IMG/VR virus record: IMGVR_UViG_3300009593_000010
Coordinates: 32,001 to 96,000 of that record
Length of the DNA stretch: 64,000 nucleotides
Reading direction: 5' to 3' (one strand)
Origin: a virus
The notes beneath the pieces were generated by a model that saw nothing but the letters and a program-made list of their open reading frames with translations, had not been told where the DNA came from and ran no database searches. Positions 1-11,144 of this stretch are shown here, piece after piece; position 1 is the stretch's first letter, and each line of letters begins with the position of its first letter. The position numbers and the translations under genes are program-made.

Positions 1-2
1 CC

Positions 3-2894
3 TCTTCTGTTAACACACAACCTTCTGTTGGTGACACAATTAAAGTAGTAAGGTCAACAGGTGATATAACTGCGATAGTTAAAAACTCAAATCTTACATT
101 AGGTACATCTGCACAGGTAATGTCATTTGGTAAAGACATTGGAACCATTGGTAAGTTAAGAGTACAGGAAGAAGGAAACCACTTTAATAAATCTGGTGGT
201 ATTCCAGACTATCCACATAAGATGATTATCTCTGCACCGAGTTCATCTCTAGTTGTTGCAACAACAGTGACAGGTGCTTTCTCTGGTGCAACAGGAACAA
301 TCAAATCATACGATGGTGATCGACATCTACTAACACTAACAGGTGTTGTGGGTATGTTTAAAGAGGGAGAAATAGTAACAACCTCAGACAATAAAACCTA
401 TACAGTATTAAGATCAAATCCAGCAACTGCAAGAGCAACTAATGTAGTTGTTGCAAAACTAGATGGAAACTATACAGACGATAAGGGATTCCCTTCTGTA
501 ACATCTCAAAGAATTCATGACTCTCACTACTACCAAGACTTCTCATATGTCATTAAGGTAGGTGAGAGTATAAACAAATATCGTTCAATTGTCAAACAGT
601 TATTGAACCCAGCAGGAACAATCTTCTTTGGAGAAGTGGCAGTTACTGCTAATATAGATTCTCGTGCAGACATCTATAATGCAAACTTTGACGGAACAAA
701 AACTACAAGATCATTTATTCCAATTTTATATATTGGTTCTAAGATTGACCCAGTTAAAATTATACTGGAAGATGCAACAATAGATGGAAGTGCAGAAGAT
801 ACATTCTATGGAACAAGTGATAATCTTGTTTTGGAGAATGGAGAAGGTATAATAACTTCTGAAAGATTCCTTGTTAATGATAGAATGAAATTAACATTAG
901 AATTAGATTCAATGAGTCCTGCTGGTGCAAGAGATTTCACTATAGGTGAAACAGTATACCAGAATCAATTTAAAACTGAAAGTGGTGATTTAAGTACATT
1001 GAAGATGAAGGTTGTAGATAGAGAAAGAGATGGTGGTGGTAATTTAATTGCAGACCCATCATTTATAATTGTTGAAAACTTAATAACAGACAACACTGCA
1101 ATCAAACAATACTTATCAGAAGACCCAGTTAATCATTTATATCTTGATGGTAGTTATAATCATTATTCTGGTTGGGGTCTTCCAGTACCAAGTAAAGAGG
1201 CATGGCAGTCTAACCAAACATCTGAAAATGCATTACACTTGCCTTGGGGTATCGTAGGAGAATCTTCTGGTAAGAAAGCAGAGGTTAACTCAGTTGTAGC
1301 TGAAAATACTAAAACAGATCAAGGTTCTGGTCAAGGATTTATTGCTGGAACAGATGTTGTTGAGAGTGATGTAGGATTATACGACAGAATCATTCGTGCA
1401 AATGTGCAAGCAGGTGGACATAAGGTCTACAAACATTTAGATATCATGCCACACTATGCACACCATAGATTATATTATACCACATTAGATAATGCTTTGT
1501 CCATAGGAACATATGTAACTGGTGGAACTACGAATGTAACTGGTAGGGTAATGGAACATAATACCACTTCCAAGTATTTTGTGTTGTATACTGGTGACGA
1601 TAAGACAAGAGGTCAGGCAGGACTATTTACAACAGAAGCAATAAAGGTTGGTTCTACAACTCATTTCACTGCAACAAAAGTAGAAAGTCATTATCCATTT
1701 GAAGAAGACCCAATAGAAAGAGTACAAACCTCTGAACCAACTGCCGTTTCTGGTGCAACTGCATCCGAAGGTGGTGGTCAGACATTCTTACATGCAAATG
1801 TAATAGGTGGGTTTCATGGTAGAGGTAAAACATTATCTACTGCCGAAGGTAATGAGTTCTACGACACTGCAACAAAACAAAGAACTAAGAATGTTATTGT
1901 GACTCAAACCTTTGCAAGTGCAAACACTAAATCTGGTAGAACTTTGCTACCAGTCCCATCAAGTAAAGAAGATACAAACCAACAAGGGTTAAGAGGGCAG
2001 AGTGCATTCACAACCCTTCTAAGAACAGGTGGTTTGGAATGGGGTGAAACAATAAAGAGTGCTGGTAGAGATTCTATTATAAACAATCATAATGTTGATT
2101 CGTTTAGAAGTGTTTCAGATAATAGTAATTGGAACAGTTATGACCATCATGGTTTACAATCTGGAATAGGACATTTACCAATTCCATCTGATGCGAAAAG
2201 GATTAACTCTGTCATCATAGGGAAAGAAGAAACTTTGATTGCAGAAAATGGGGATAGGTTGGTTATGGAACCAGATCAAGGATACTTGATGATAGAACCA
2301 CAACCAGAACAATACAACTCAACCATAACAACCGATGGAAAACAATATTGGGGTAATGGTTGGACTGTAGACCCAACAGAAGAATTAACAATGGAAGATG
2401 GAAGTAAAATCCATCTTGAGGATGCTACAGAGGCGGAAGTCGTTGGAGTATTCGTGACAGAAAGAACACCGAACTTTGCATCTATGTTTATCAACCATGA
2501 AGATCATGGTAGGATAATATATGAAGATGGTAGTTCATTAGTACAGGAAGAAGCTGAAAGTGTAGTAGGTGTAGAACATCAAGGTCTAGGCACAACACTT
2601 GGAGACCTTTCTAAAATAGGATTTTCTTCAACTTTACAGTTTGAAGAAAGGATAAGACAAGAATCTGGAAATGCAGCTAGTTATACAGGTGGTATTAATA
2701 CTGAATCTGGTAAGGGTGATAATATCCTTATGGAACATGTTGCTGGCAGACTCTTGGAAGAGGCTCCATATAATGGGGTCTCAATTAGTGATATAAGTAA
2801 TCTATATGGTAGTTTACCTATATCTGAATTAGATAAAATGAGTGGTATTCAAACGAACTTAACTTTTTCTGCGTCAATTCAATCTGGTGCATAG
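3..2894 (+). CDS. Baseplate wedge subunit (gp7-like), 5'-truncated by the window edge
   Basis: Frame is open from nt 3 through the ATG at 120. Motif RIHDSHYYQDFSYVIK...LLNPAGTIFFGEV is typical of marine T4-like gp7. Lies directly upstream of gp8. Confidence 0.75.
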   Translation, partial: SSVNTQPSVGDTIKVVRSTGDITAIVKNSNLTLGTSAQVMSFGKDIGTIGKLRVQEEGNHFNKSGGIPDYPHKMIISAPSSSLVVATTVTGAFSGATGTIKSYDGDRHLLTLTGVVGMFKEGEIVTTSDNKTYTVLRSNPATARATNVVVAKLDGNYTDDKGFPSVTSQRIHDSHYYQDFSYVIKVGESINKYRSIVKQLLNPAGTIFFGEVAVTANIDSRADIYNANFDGTKTTRSFIPILYIGSKIDPVKIILEDATIDGSAEDTFYGTSDNLVLENGEGIITSERFLVNDRMKLTLELDSMSPAGARDFTIGETVYQNQFKTESGDLSTLKMKVVDRERDGGGNLIADPSFIIVENLITDNTAIKQYLSEDPVNHLYLDGSYNHYSGWGLPVPSKEAWQSNQTSENALHLPWGIVGESSGKKAEVNSVVAENTKTDQGSGQGFIAGTDVVESDVGLYDRIIRANVQAGGHKVYKHLDIMPHYAHHRLYYTTLDNALSIGTYVTGGTTNVTGRVMEHNTTSKYFVLYTGDDKTRGQAGLFTTEAIKVGSTTHFTATKVESHYPFEEDPIERVQTSEPTAVSGATASEGGGQTFLHANVIGGFHGRGKTLSTAEGNEFYDTATKQRTKNVIVTQTFASANTKSGRTLLPVPSSKEDTNQQGLRGQSAFTTLLRTGGLEWGETIKSAGRDSIINNHNVDSFRSVSDNSNWNSYDHHGLQSGIGHLPIPSDAKRINSVIIGKEETLIAENGDRLVMEPDQGYLMIEPQPEQYNSTITTDGKQYWGNGWTVDPTEELTMEDGSKIHLEDATEAEVVGVFVTERTPNFASMFINHEDHGRIIYEDGSSLVQEEAESVVGVEHQGLGTTLGDLSKIGFSSTLQFEERIRQESGNAASYTGGINTESGKGDNILMEHVAGRLLEEAPYNGVSISDISNLYGSLPISELDKMSGIQTNLTFSASIQSGA

Positions 2895-2900
2895 AAGTCG

Positions 2901-2908
2901 TATAAATA
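2901..2908 (+). promoter_or_regulatory. T4-type late promoter TATAAATA
   Basis: Exact consensus in the intergenic gap before gp8; gp55 is encoded in the window. Confidence 0.8.
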
Positions 2909-2956
2909 CTATTAGAGTAAATTAAAATAACCAATTTTATAACGAGGAATTAAAAA

Positions 2957-4393
2957 ATGGCAGCGATTATTACAGAAAAATTTCGTTTGCACAATGCAAA
3001 GCAATTTCGTGAAGTTGCTGGGGATGCTGGGGAAGACATGTACATGTTCATTGGTAGACCATCTGCATGGACAGACGACACAAACCCAGACACACCAGTC
3101 GATTCGTTAAAGGACGAATACGATGCATATGCGAACATGGTAGCTCTCAAAAAGATTGCGAGTACCGATGTAAGTCATGCCATAGTCAGACGAGACTGGA
3201 CAAGTGGAACAGTATATGATGAGTATAGACATAATTATACTTCATCTAACACATCTAATAGTGGTGCATCAACTTTATGGGCATCTACTTTCTATGTGTT
3301 AACAGACGACTATAATGTCTATAAGTGTATATCAAATAACAATGGTGGTACATCTACACAGAAACCAACTCACACTACAGTTGCAATAGTAACTGAATCA
3401 GATTCATACAAGTGGAAATACATGTATTCTATATCTGCATCAGAAGTTATTAAATTTGTAACATCAGATTTTATCCCAGTAAAAACACTAGGTGCTTTAG
3501 AAGCAGTTGCTGGTGACTTGGGTGGTTTGACTGTAGCAGGTGCTGACGACAACTCTGCACAATGGGATGTTGAAGCAGGTGCAGTACATGGAAGAATTGA
3601 ACATATCAGAATGACTGCTGGTGGTTCTGGATATTCAACTCCTGGCTCATACACAGTTGCAATAGGTGGAGACGGAAGTAGTGCAACAGCAACTATAGTA
3701 GTATCTGGTGGTGCAGTAACTTCTGCAACACTACTTGCACAAGGAACTGGATATACTACTGGTGCAATTGACAATACAGTATTACAAGCACAGGCAGGAA
3801 GTGGAACAGGTGCAACATTTGATGTTGTAATAAGTCCTATGAATGGACATGGTGCAGACCCAGTTGAAGAACTAGGTGGAAACTATATTATAGTAAACTC
3901 AAGACTTGAGTATGCTGAAGGTTCTGGTGACTTCCCAACTGATAACGATTTTAGGCAAATAGGTCTTATTGTAAACCCAACAAATAAAGGAACTAACACT
4001 TTATCATCTGCAGCCACATTGAGTGCAACAAATGCGTTCACAATGGCAAGTGGTGCAACTATGCCTGCAATAGATGATAAGATTAGAAACACTGCATCTC
4101 TAACAGCAAGTTCTGCTGCTGGAATAGTAGTTTCTGTAGACTCAACAAACAGAATAATCTCTTACCTACCATCAACTGGTAGTACAGGACTTTATGCTGA
4201 TTTTGCAAATGCAGATACAATCAGAAGTTCAGCTGGAACATCGTTAGGAACTATTACTGCTGGTACAGGGATTGATACTACTAGACCAGAGGTTGCTAGA
4301 AATTCTGGGGATATTGTTTACCTAGAAAATCGTGGTGCAGTTGCTAGGGCAGCTGACCAGATCGAGGATATCAAATTAATCATAGAAATGTAG
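2957..4393 (+). CDS. gp8: Baseplate wedge subunit gp8
   Basis: MAAIITEKFRLHNAKQF start, WTSGTVYDEY, YNVYKCISNN, DSYKWKYMYSI, and C-terminal GDIVYLENR...QIEDIKLIIEM. Confidence 0.9.
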   Translation: MAAIITEKFRLHNAKQFREVAGDAGEDMYMFIGRPSAWTDDTNPDTPVDSLKDEYDAYANMVALKKIASTDVSHAIVRRDWTSGTVYDEYRHNYTSSNTSNSGASTLWASTFYVLTDDYNVYKCISNNNGGTSTQKPTHTTVAIVTESDSYKWKYMYSISASEVIKFVTSDFIPVKTLGALEAVAGDLGGLTVAGADDNSAQWDVEAGAVHGRIEHIRMTAGGSGYSTPGSYTVAIGGDGSSATATIVVSGGAVTSATLLAQGTGYTTGAIDNTVLQAQAGSGTGATFDVVISPMNGHGADPVEELGGNYIIVNSRLEYAEGSGDFPTDNDFRQIGLIVNPTNKGTNTLSSAATLSATNAFTMASGATMPAIDDKIRNTASLTASSAAGIVVSVDSTNRIISYLPSTGSTGLYADFANADTIRSSAGTSLGTITAGTGIDTTRPEVARNSGDIVYLENRGAVARAADQIEDIKLIIEM

Positions 4394-4404
4394 GATAACT
4401 AACA

Positions 4405-7400
4405 GTGGCTCAGAAAACAGACCTAAATGTTAGTCCTTATTATGATGACTTTACGGAGAGCAAGAACTTTCATCGTGTTCTCTTTAAACCATCAGTTGCC
4501 ATACAGGCGAGGGAACTAACACAATTACAATCGATACTGCAAAACCAGATTGAGAGATTTGGTAATCACATCTTTAAAGAAGGTTCTCTTGTACTAGGTG
4601 CAAGAACTAACTTTGATAATCAATACTTTGCAGTAAAGGTTACGGACACAAATCCAAATGGGAGTGGTACAACTGCCACTGAGTCTTTTCGTGCAGATGC
4701 ATTAGATAAGTTTTATCAAGGTGAAACTTCTGGGGTAGTTGCAAAGGTAATTAATACTACTGCAAAGACATCCGATGATCCACTAACACTACATATTAAA
4801 TATCAGGCAACTGGTAATTCTGGTTCAACCTATTATAACGAGTTTATTGATGGAGAGGAAATCCATCGAGTAACTCAAAATTCAAATGGTACATGGACAG
4901 ATGCATCTGATAACAATGAGTTTAAAGTATTCTCTCAAACAGGTGTTTCTGATGTAGGTTCTGTTCAAGGTTCAGCTGCAAGTATATCCGAAGGTGTTAT
5001 ATACACTCGTGGTAATTTTGTCAAGGTTGCAAAACAAACAGTCATCCTAGAAAAATATTCTTCAACTCCATCCTACAAGATAGGACTAGATGTTGGAGAG
5101 ACACTTATATCCTCAACAGAAGATGATAGTCTATTAGATAATGCGTCTGGTTCAACAAACGAAAATGCTCCAGGCTCTGATAGATTAAAAATATCTCTAA
5201 CTCTAGCAAAGAAATCTCTTACTGCAACAGACTCAACTAACTTCATCGAATTGATGAGAGTTGAGGCAGGTGTTGTAACTAAGAGAGTAGAGATAACAGA
5301 ATACTCAAGAATTCAAGACACTCTTGCAAGACGAACATATGACGAGAGTGGAGACTATATGTTGCAGCCCTTTACTGTGTCATTTCGAGAACATAAGAAT
5401 GACTTAAATAACAATGGGGTATACAAGTCAACAGACACACCAGTAGGGGACACAAGTAAATTTATTGCTGTTATTTCTGCTGGTAAAGCATATGTAAGAG
5501 GTTATGAAGTTGATAGACAAACCAACACCTTCCTTACACTGGATAAAGCAAGAGAAGTAAACTCTGTAAGTAATGCTTCTTCACCATTTAGAATAGGGAA
5601 CTATGTTAAATGTAAATTCATGTATGGAACTCCAGACATTGGAGATGAAGGAACAATTGCACCATTCTCAACAGTAGCAATTTACGATACTGCAAAAGGA
5701 AGTTCTGCAAGTGATACTGCAAGTGGTACACAAATTGGTACTGCAAGAGTTCGTGCTATAGAGTATGACTCAACTGGAGTTTATCAAGTATACCTTTTTG
5801 ATATGCAGATGTATACTAATTTAACAGTAGCATCTGGTGCAATCAACAGGGGTCAAAAATATAAAGGTGTGACTTCTGGTGCGACAGGTATTTCCGATAC
5901 TAACGGAACAGTCACCTCAGTTAACTTAATCAATGTCACTGGAACATTCCAAACTGGTGAGACACTTAGACCAATAGAAGATTCAACTGGTGGTGTAGCA
6001 ATTGGTTCAAGTAATGGTGATGTAAGAACATACAATGCTAGACGAGCAAGACGACTTCATCAATCTGGTGGAAGTGGTGTTAACTTTGCAGCTGACTTGG
6101 TACTAGAAGATAACTTTACATTAACTGGAACAGGTTATGTTGATATAAGTGCAGATGCAGATTTAGTAAATGGTGTTGCATCTAAGTATAGTTCTGAAAT
6201 AGAACTAGGGGATCAACTCTTATTCCCAAATGGATCAACAGGAATTGTTGATGTAGTAACAAGTGATACTAGTATTTCAGTTGCAACCGATTTAACTGCG
6301 GATACTAATGGTAAGATAATAAGACAAAGAGCAAAAGTTTATAAAGGAGACCAAACAGTCGCAATCTCTGGACTACCACATGATGGTATTAAGACCATTA
6401 CAGTAGACAGTGAAGTAGTAAGACGACAACAATTGGTTACTGTTGCAAGTAACAGAATAACAATGAGTGCTGGAAGTGGAGAAAGTTTCGATGCATATAG
6501 TGCTGATAATTATGTTGCATCAAACGAATCAACTGGTGCAGCGATAGATTTATCTACTGCAACTTTTGTTGGTGCGGGAACGACAACAGCATATTTCACT
6601 GGTGGTAATGTACCAGCAAATGGTGTAGTGGTTAAAATAACTTCTACTATTACAAGAGGTTCTACAACTGCAGCTACCAAAACGATTACTAAATCTGCTG
6701 CAGCCACAGTTGATGACGCAAACCCAACAATATATGGAGTAGGATATCAACATCAAGACATCACACTAGGTGTTCCAGATGTTTATAAAGTTCGTGCAGT
6801 TTATGAGGGTGGAAACTCGATTACATATGGTGCGTCTGATACAGTAACAACAAACCCTATGCCACCTTCATTTGTTTATACTGCCGACTCTGGAAACTCA
6901 GTTGCAATCTCAGATGCTGGAACACTTATAACAGGTAGTGTTTCTAATGCAAGAGGATTCTTAATAGAAAATGATAGTGGAAACTGTCATGTCTATTACG
7001 GAAAAGGAAGTCCTCAGTTTTCAAATAATGAAGCAGTCACAACAGAAGCGGGTGCATCTGGTGTAATCACAAAACTTACACATGGTTCACAAGACATTAC
7101 AGAAAGATATATTTTAGATGATGGACAAAGAGATGGATATTATGGTCTTGGAAAAATAACAAGGAAAGCAGGGACACCTGTACCAGTAGGAAAATTATTA
7201 GTAATATTTGATTACTTCTCACATGGTTCTGGAAACTATTTTACCTCTGCATCTTATCCAATAGAATATACAGAAATTAAAAATTATGTTGCAGACAGGG
7301 TAGATGTTGCTGCAACTATGGAACCAGATGGAAGTTTCGAGTTAGGAGACTCTATCGATTACAGACCATCTGTTGCAGACCTATGGGGAACTGCACCAAG

Positions 7401-10400
7401 TAATGATATAACAAGTGGAACTCCAGTAGATATATCTGATATATCTTCTTACCCTTTCTCATATGCATCTAGTTCATTTGGAACTGGAGCTCATACTTGT
7501 GATGTTCCGAAAATAGGTTCTAACATTACAGTAGATTACGATCATTATCTTGGAAGAAAAGATAGACTATACCTTACTAGTAAAGGACAATTTGAAATTG
7601 TTAAAGGTGAGAGTTCACTAAACCCAATTGCTGGTAATACAATACAGAATGCAATTGAGATTGGTACAATAGATATACCACCTTATACTACTAATGCATC
7701 AGAAGTTTCTATAAAACTATTATCACATAGACGATATACAATGAAAGACTTGGAGAAAATGGGTAAGAGGTTACAGAACCTTGAGACCGCAGTTTCTCTT
7801 TCTATGTTAGAAACAACTGCTGAAGGAATGCAGATTTTAGATGATGATGGATTTGATAAATATAAATCTGGATTCGTAGTAGATTCATTTAGAGGTCACT
7901 CTATTGCTGATGTTTTACATCCAGACTATGGGATTGCAATAGATCAGGCAACTCAACTTGCACGACCAGACCATCATACTGATTTCTTTGACATAGGTAT
8001 GAATAGTGATAAATCTTCTAATGTTACTAAATCTGGTAATGCAGAAATTGGTTATGTAGTCACTTTACCATTCTCCGAAGAGGTGTTCTTATCGGCTGAT
8101 AAAGCATCAAGAGAATTGAATGTAAACCCATACGACATTGCAACCTTTATAGGTAGACTTGATTTAAGTCCAGATAGAGATTTGTGGCATGATAGAGAAG
8201 CACTACCTAATATTTCAACCAGTTCAGAAGGAAACTTCGATGCAATTGTTGCTGGATTACCAAATGGTGTAGGAACTGTTTGGAACGAGTGGCAACAAAC
8301 TTGGGCGGGTGAACCAGATATAACTTCAACCAGTTCAACAGTTTTTGATCCAATCGTGACTCAAACCCAAAGGGGGTTTGGTGGTAGACAAAATAGAGGT
8401 TGGGATGAGGCAGTCGGAAACTTATGGAACAGAGGAAATAGAGGAAACTGGAGAGGAGAAAGAGCAAGGGATTGGGATGTGCCAGCTGCAATTGCTGGAA
8501 CTGCATCCAGTACCACAACAACAGTATCGAGAAGTGTAACTCCTACAAGAGAAGGTAGAAGTGGTATTCAAACATCAGTTGTTGAAGATATTGTAAACAC
8601 AACTAATGACAGAGTAGTTAGTGTTAATGCTATACCTTTCATGAGAAGTATTCCAGTAACAATCTCTGGATCATTACTTAAACCAAACACAAGTTTGAAT
8701 GTATTCTTTGATGGTATTGATGTTACATCACATTGTAGTCCAACACCAGTCACAACTAGTCAAGGAAAACTATCCACAGTATTCACAATACCAAACACTG
8801 ATACACTAAGATTCCCAACAGGTGTTAGAACACTTAAAGTTACTAATGCATCAACTGTAAACGGAACTAGTCAGACAAGTGCAATTGCAAACTTCATGGC
8901 AAATGGTTCTCTTACTACCACACAATCAGAAACTATATCTACAAGAAATGGTAGAATAGTTCAAACTAATGTTTCTGGACAAAGGCCAGGTGAACTTGTA
9001 ACTACAGATGAGTCAATAGAATTTACGCCAGGAACACCTAGAGTTATTTGGGAAGACCCACTTGCACAATCGTTTCTTGCATCATCCGAAGAAGGTGCAT
9101 TCATTAGTTCAGTAGAAGTATATCTATCTACTAAAGATTCTGGTGGACTTCCAATTACAGCTTCTATCCGAGAAATGAGTAATGGATATCCAACACAACA
9201 GATTTTACCTAGTGCAGAAGCAGACATGTATCCAAGTGATATAACAACATCAAGTGATGGTTCTGTTGCAACTAAATTTACATTCCCACATCCAATATAT
9301 GTAAGACCATTTAGAGAATATTGTATTGTGTTGATGTCTAACTCTAATGCATACAATGTGTGGGTTGGTCAGATGGGTGACTTTGATGTTAAAACAAAAG
9401 AACCTATAGACAAACAACCATTTGCTGGGGTATTATTTAAGTCTCAGAATAGTTCTACATGGACTACTGAACAAATGCAAGACATGAAGTTCAAGATTAA
9501 TCGTGCTAAGTTTACAGAACTTACAGGTAAGTTGACAATGGAAAATATTCAGCACGACATGAATAAGAAACTAACTACTAACCCAATAGAAATTATTGGA
9601 ACAGGTGCAGCTGCTAAATTCAAAGTTTATCAAAGATCACATGGAATGTATGACACCGATTCAAATGTAACGATTGCTGGTGTCACAGGAAACCGAACAA
9701 ATTCAATATTATCATTAGAGACACCATCTGTAAGTGGAACAGGTGGAATAGGATCGTATACCGATGTTCAATTATTCTCTTCTGGTACTAGTGCAAACTA
9801 TGCTGCTGGTGCAAATACAGGTGCAACTTGTAATGTAAGTTTAAGTGGTACTGGTACTGTTAGTGCAATTACAGTTAACAATCCTGGCTCTGCATTTGCA
9901 ACTACCGATACTTTATTAATTAAACAGAATGAAGTTGGTGGTACTGGTGCTACAACATTTGCCACAATAGGAGTTGGAACTGTAGGTGACACATTAGGTG
10001 GTATTTCGATTGCACAAATTAATAAAACACATACTAATATTGCATCTTACGATCTGGACTCATATGAGATCAGCACAACTATTACTGGAACAGAGGGTGG
10101 AATAGAAAATATTAGGGGTGGTGGAATTAGCACTAAACAGAGTGGGCCGACAGCAACCAAGAACTTATACTTTGATTTAATACATACTCTAATTCCAAAT
10201 ACACAACTACCTAATACTGGAATATTACCATCAGTTATAACTACAAGTACAAATACTCCACAAGGTATAACTCAGTCATATACTAGAGAAACAGTTAGTC
10301 AAACTATCGCGTTGAATGATAACAACACATTAAACCAATCTGGTATTGTTGCATCTTCAATTAACGAAACAAATGAGATGTCTAATGTAAGATCATTCCA

Positions 10401-10947
10401 AATTGATATGCAAATGACTTCTAATAATGATTGGGTCAGTCCAGTAATTGATATAGGTAATGGTGAGTCTCAAATGGGGGTATTAAACCCAACTCTTGGT
10501 GTCATTGGAATTATGAATAGAATTAATGATGTTGATTCGGCAAGTGATATTGCAGATAACTCAACATATGTCACATCTACCGAAGCAGATGGTGATAGTA
10601 ATAATTGTATTTACTTTACTAAGAAGATAGACATAGAGAATCCAGCATCAGAATTAAGAGTTCTATTTGAAGGATATAAACCTACTGCACCTCTTGGTGA
10701 TACTAAAATAGAAACATATTATAAGATACAAAAACAAGATGACAACACACCATTTGAAGAAAAGGGATGGACTCAATTCTCAACTACAAACGAACCAGAT
10801 GCAGATGCAACTAGATTTAGAACTTATGATTATACTGCATCGAACTTGGATGAGTTTGTAGGATTTGCAGTTAAGATTGTGATGAAATCTAAAGATACTG
10901 GGATAGTTCCTGCTATCAAAGCATTTAGAGGACTAGCACTTGCGTAA
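4405..10947 (+). CDS. Large virion structural protein, DUF4815/VrlC-like (2180 aa, GTG start)
   Basis: MAQKTDLNVSPYYDDF...QARELTQLQSILQNQIERFG start, LARRTYDESGDY, DPLAQSF...GYP motifs. Occupies the usual position after gp8. Confidence 0.8.
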   Translation: MAQKTDLNVSPYYDDFTESKNFHRVLFKPSVAIQARELTQLQSILQNQIERFGNHIFKEGSLVLGARTNFDNQYFAVKVTDTNPNGSGTTATESFRADALDKFYQGETSGVVAKVINTTAKTSDDPLTLHIKYQATGNSGSTYYNEFIDGEEIHRVTQNSNGTWTDASDNNEFKVFSQTGVSDVGSVQGSAASISEGVIYTRGNFVKVAKQTVILEKYSSTPSYKIGLDVGETLISSTEDDSLLDNASGSTNENAPGSDRLKISLTLAKKSLTATDSTNFIELMRVEAGVVTKRVEITEYSRIQDTLARRTYDESGDYMLQPFTVSFREHKNDLNNNGVYKSTDTPVGDTSKFIAVISAGKAYVRGYEVDRQTNTFLTLDKAREVNSVSNASSPFRIGNYVKCKFMYGTPDIGDEGTIAPFSTVAIYDTAKGSSASDTASGTQIGTARVRAIEYDSTGVYQVYLFDMQMYTNLTVASGAINRGQKYKGVTSGATGISDTNGTVTSVNLINVTGTFQTGETLRPIEDSTGGVAIGSSNGDVRTYNARRARRLHQSGGSGVNFAADLVLEDNFTLTGTGYVDISADADLVNGVASKYSSEIELGDQLLFPNGSTGIVDVVTSDTSISVATDLTADTNGKIIRQRAKVYKGDQTVAISGLPHDGIKTITVDSEVVRRQQLVTVASNRITMSAGSGESFDAYSADNYVASNESTGAAIDLSTATFVGAGTTTAYFTGGNVPANGVVVKITSTITRGSTTAATKTITKSAAATVDDANPTIYGVGYQHQDITLGVPDVYKVRAVYEGGNSITYGASDTVTTNPMPPSFVYTADSGNSVAISDAGTLITGSVSNARGFLIENDSGNCHVYYGKGSPQFSNNEAVTTEAGASGVITKLTHGSQDITERYILDDGQRDGYYGLGKITRKAGTPVPVGKLLVIFDYFSHGSGNYFTSASYPIEYTEIKNYVADRVDVAATMEPDGSFELGDSIDYRPSVADLWGTAPSNDITSGTPVDISDISSYPFSYASSSFGTGAHTCDVPKIGSNITVDYDHYLGRKDRLYLTSKGQFEIVKGESSLNPIAGNTIQNAIEIGTIDIPPYTTNASEVSIKLLSHRRYTMKDLEKMGKRLQNLETAVSLSMLETTAEGMQILDDDGFDKYKSGFVVDSFRGHSIADVLHPDYGIAIDQATQLARPDHHTDFFDIGMNSDKSSNVTKSGNAEIGYVVTLPFSEEVFLSADKASRELNVNPYDIATFIGRLDLSPDRDLWHDREALPNISTSSEGNFDAIVAGLPNGVGTVWNEWQQTWAGEPDITSTSSTVFDPIVTQTQRGFGGRQNRGWDEAVGNLWNRGNRGNWRGERARDWDVPAAIAGTASSTTTTVSRSVTPTREGRSGIQTSVVEDIVNTTNDRVVSVNAIPFMRSIPVTISGSLLKPNTSLNVFFDGIDVTSHCSPTPVTTSQGKLSTVFTIPNTDTLRFPTGVRTLKVTNASTVNGTSQTSAIANFMANGSLTTTQSETISTRNGRIVQTNVSGQRPGELVTTDESIEFTPGTPRVIWEDPLAQSFLASSEEGAFISSVEVYLSTKDSGGLPITASIREMSNGYPTQQILPSAEADMYPSDITTSSDGSVATKFTFPHPIYVRPFREYCIVLMSNSNAYNVWVGQMGDFDVKTKEPIDKQPFAGVLFKSQNSSTWTTEQMQDMKFKINRAKFTELTGKLTMENIQHDMNKKLTTNPIEIIGTGAAAKFKVYQRSHGMYDTDSNVTIAGVTGNRTNSILSLETPSVSGTGGIGSYTDVQLFSSGTSANYAAGANTGATCNVSLSGTGTVSAITVNNPGSAFATTDTLLIKQNEVGGTGATTFATIGVGTVGDTLGGISIAQINKTHTNIASYDLDSYEISTTITGTEGGIENIRGGGISTKQSGPTATKNLYFDLIHTLIPNTQLPNTGILPSVITTSTNTPQGITQSYTRETVSQTIALNDNNTLNQSGIVASSINETNEMSNVRSFQIDMQMTSNNDWVSPVIDIGNGESQMGVLNPTLGVIGIMNRINDVDSASDIADNSTYVTSTEADGDSNNCIYFTKKIDIENPASELRVLFEGYKPTAPLGDTKIETYYKIQKQDDNTPFEEKGWTQFSTTNEPDADATRFRTYDYTASNLDEFVGFAVKIVMKSKDTGIVPAIKAFRGLALA

Positions 10948-11143
10948 TAAAGTAGAAGGTAAAGATCACCTTATCAAAGATGAGGTTACTGGTGCAGTTA
11001 TAAATACTGATAGGAGTGGATATGTTGCTGTTAAAAGGAGAAGAGCAATATCCAGAGAACAGACAGTAGAAATACAAACTCTTAAAAGTGAAGTATTAGA
11101 ATTGAAAAGCATGGTAACAGAATTAATAGGGAATAGAAACTAA
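10940..11143 (+). CDS. Small conserved phage protein (67 aa)
   Basis: KVEGKDHLIKD..TGAVINTD motif and coiled-coil end; TTG start overlaps the upstream stop. Confidence 0.65.
   Translation: MRNKVEGKDHLIKDEVTGAVINTDRSGYVAVKRRRAISREQTVEIQTLKSEVLELKSMVTELIGNRN
10999..11006 (+). promoter_or_regulatory. T4-type late promoter TATAAATA (inside the small ORF)
   Basis: Exact consensus upstream of the 11145 fibre gene. Confidence 0.6.
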
Positions 11144-11144
11144 A

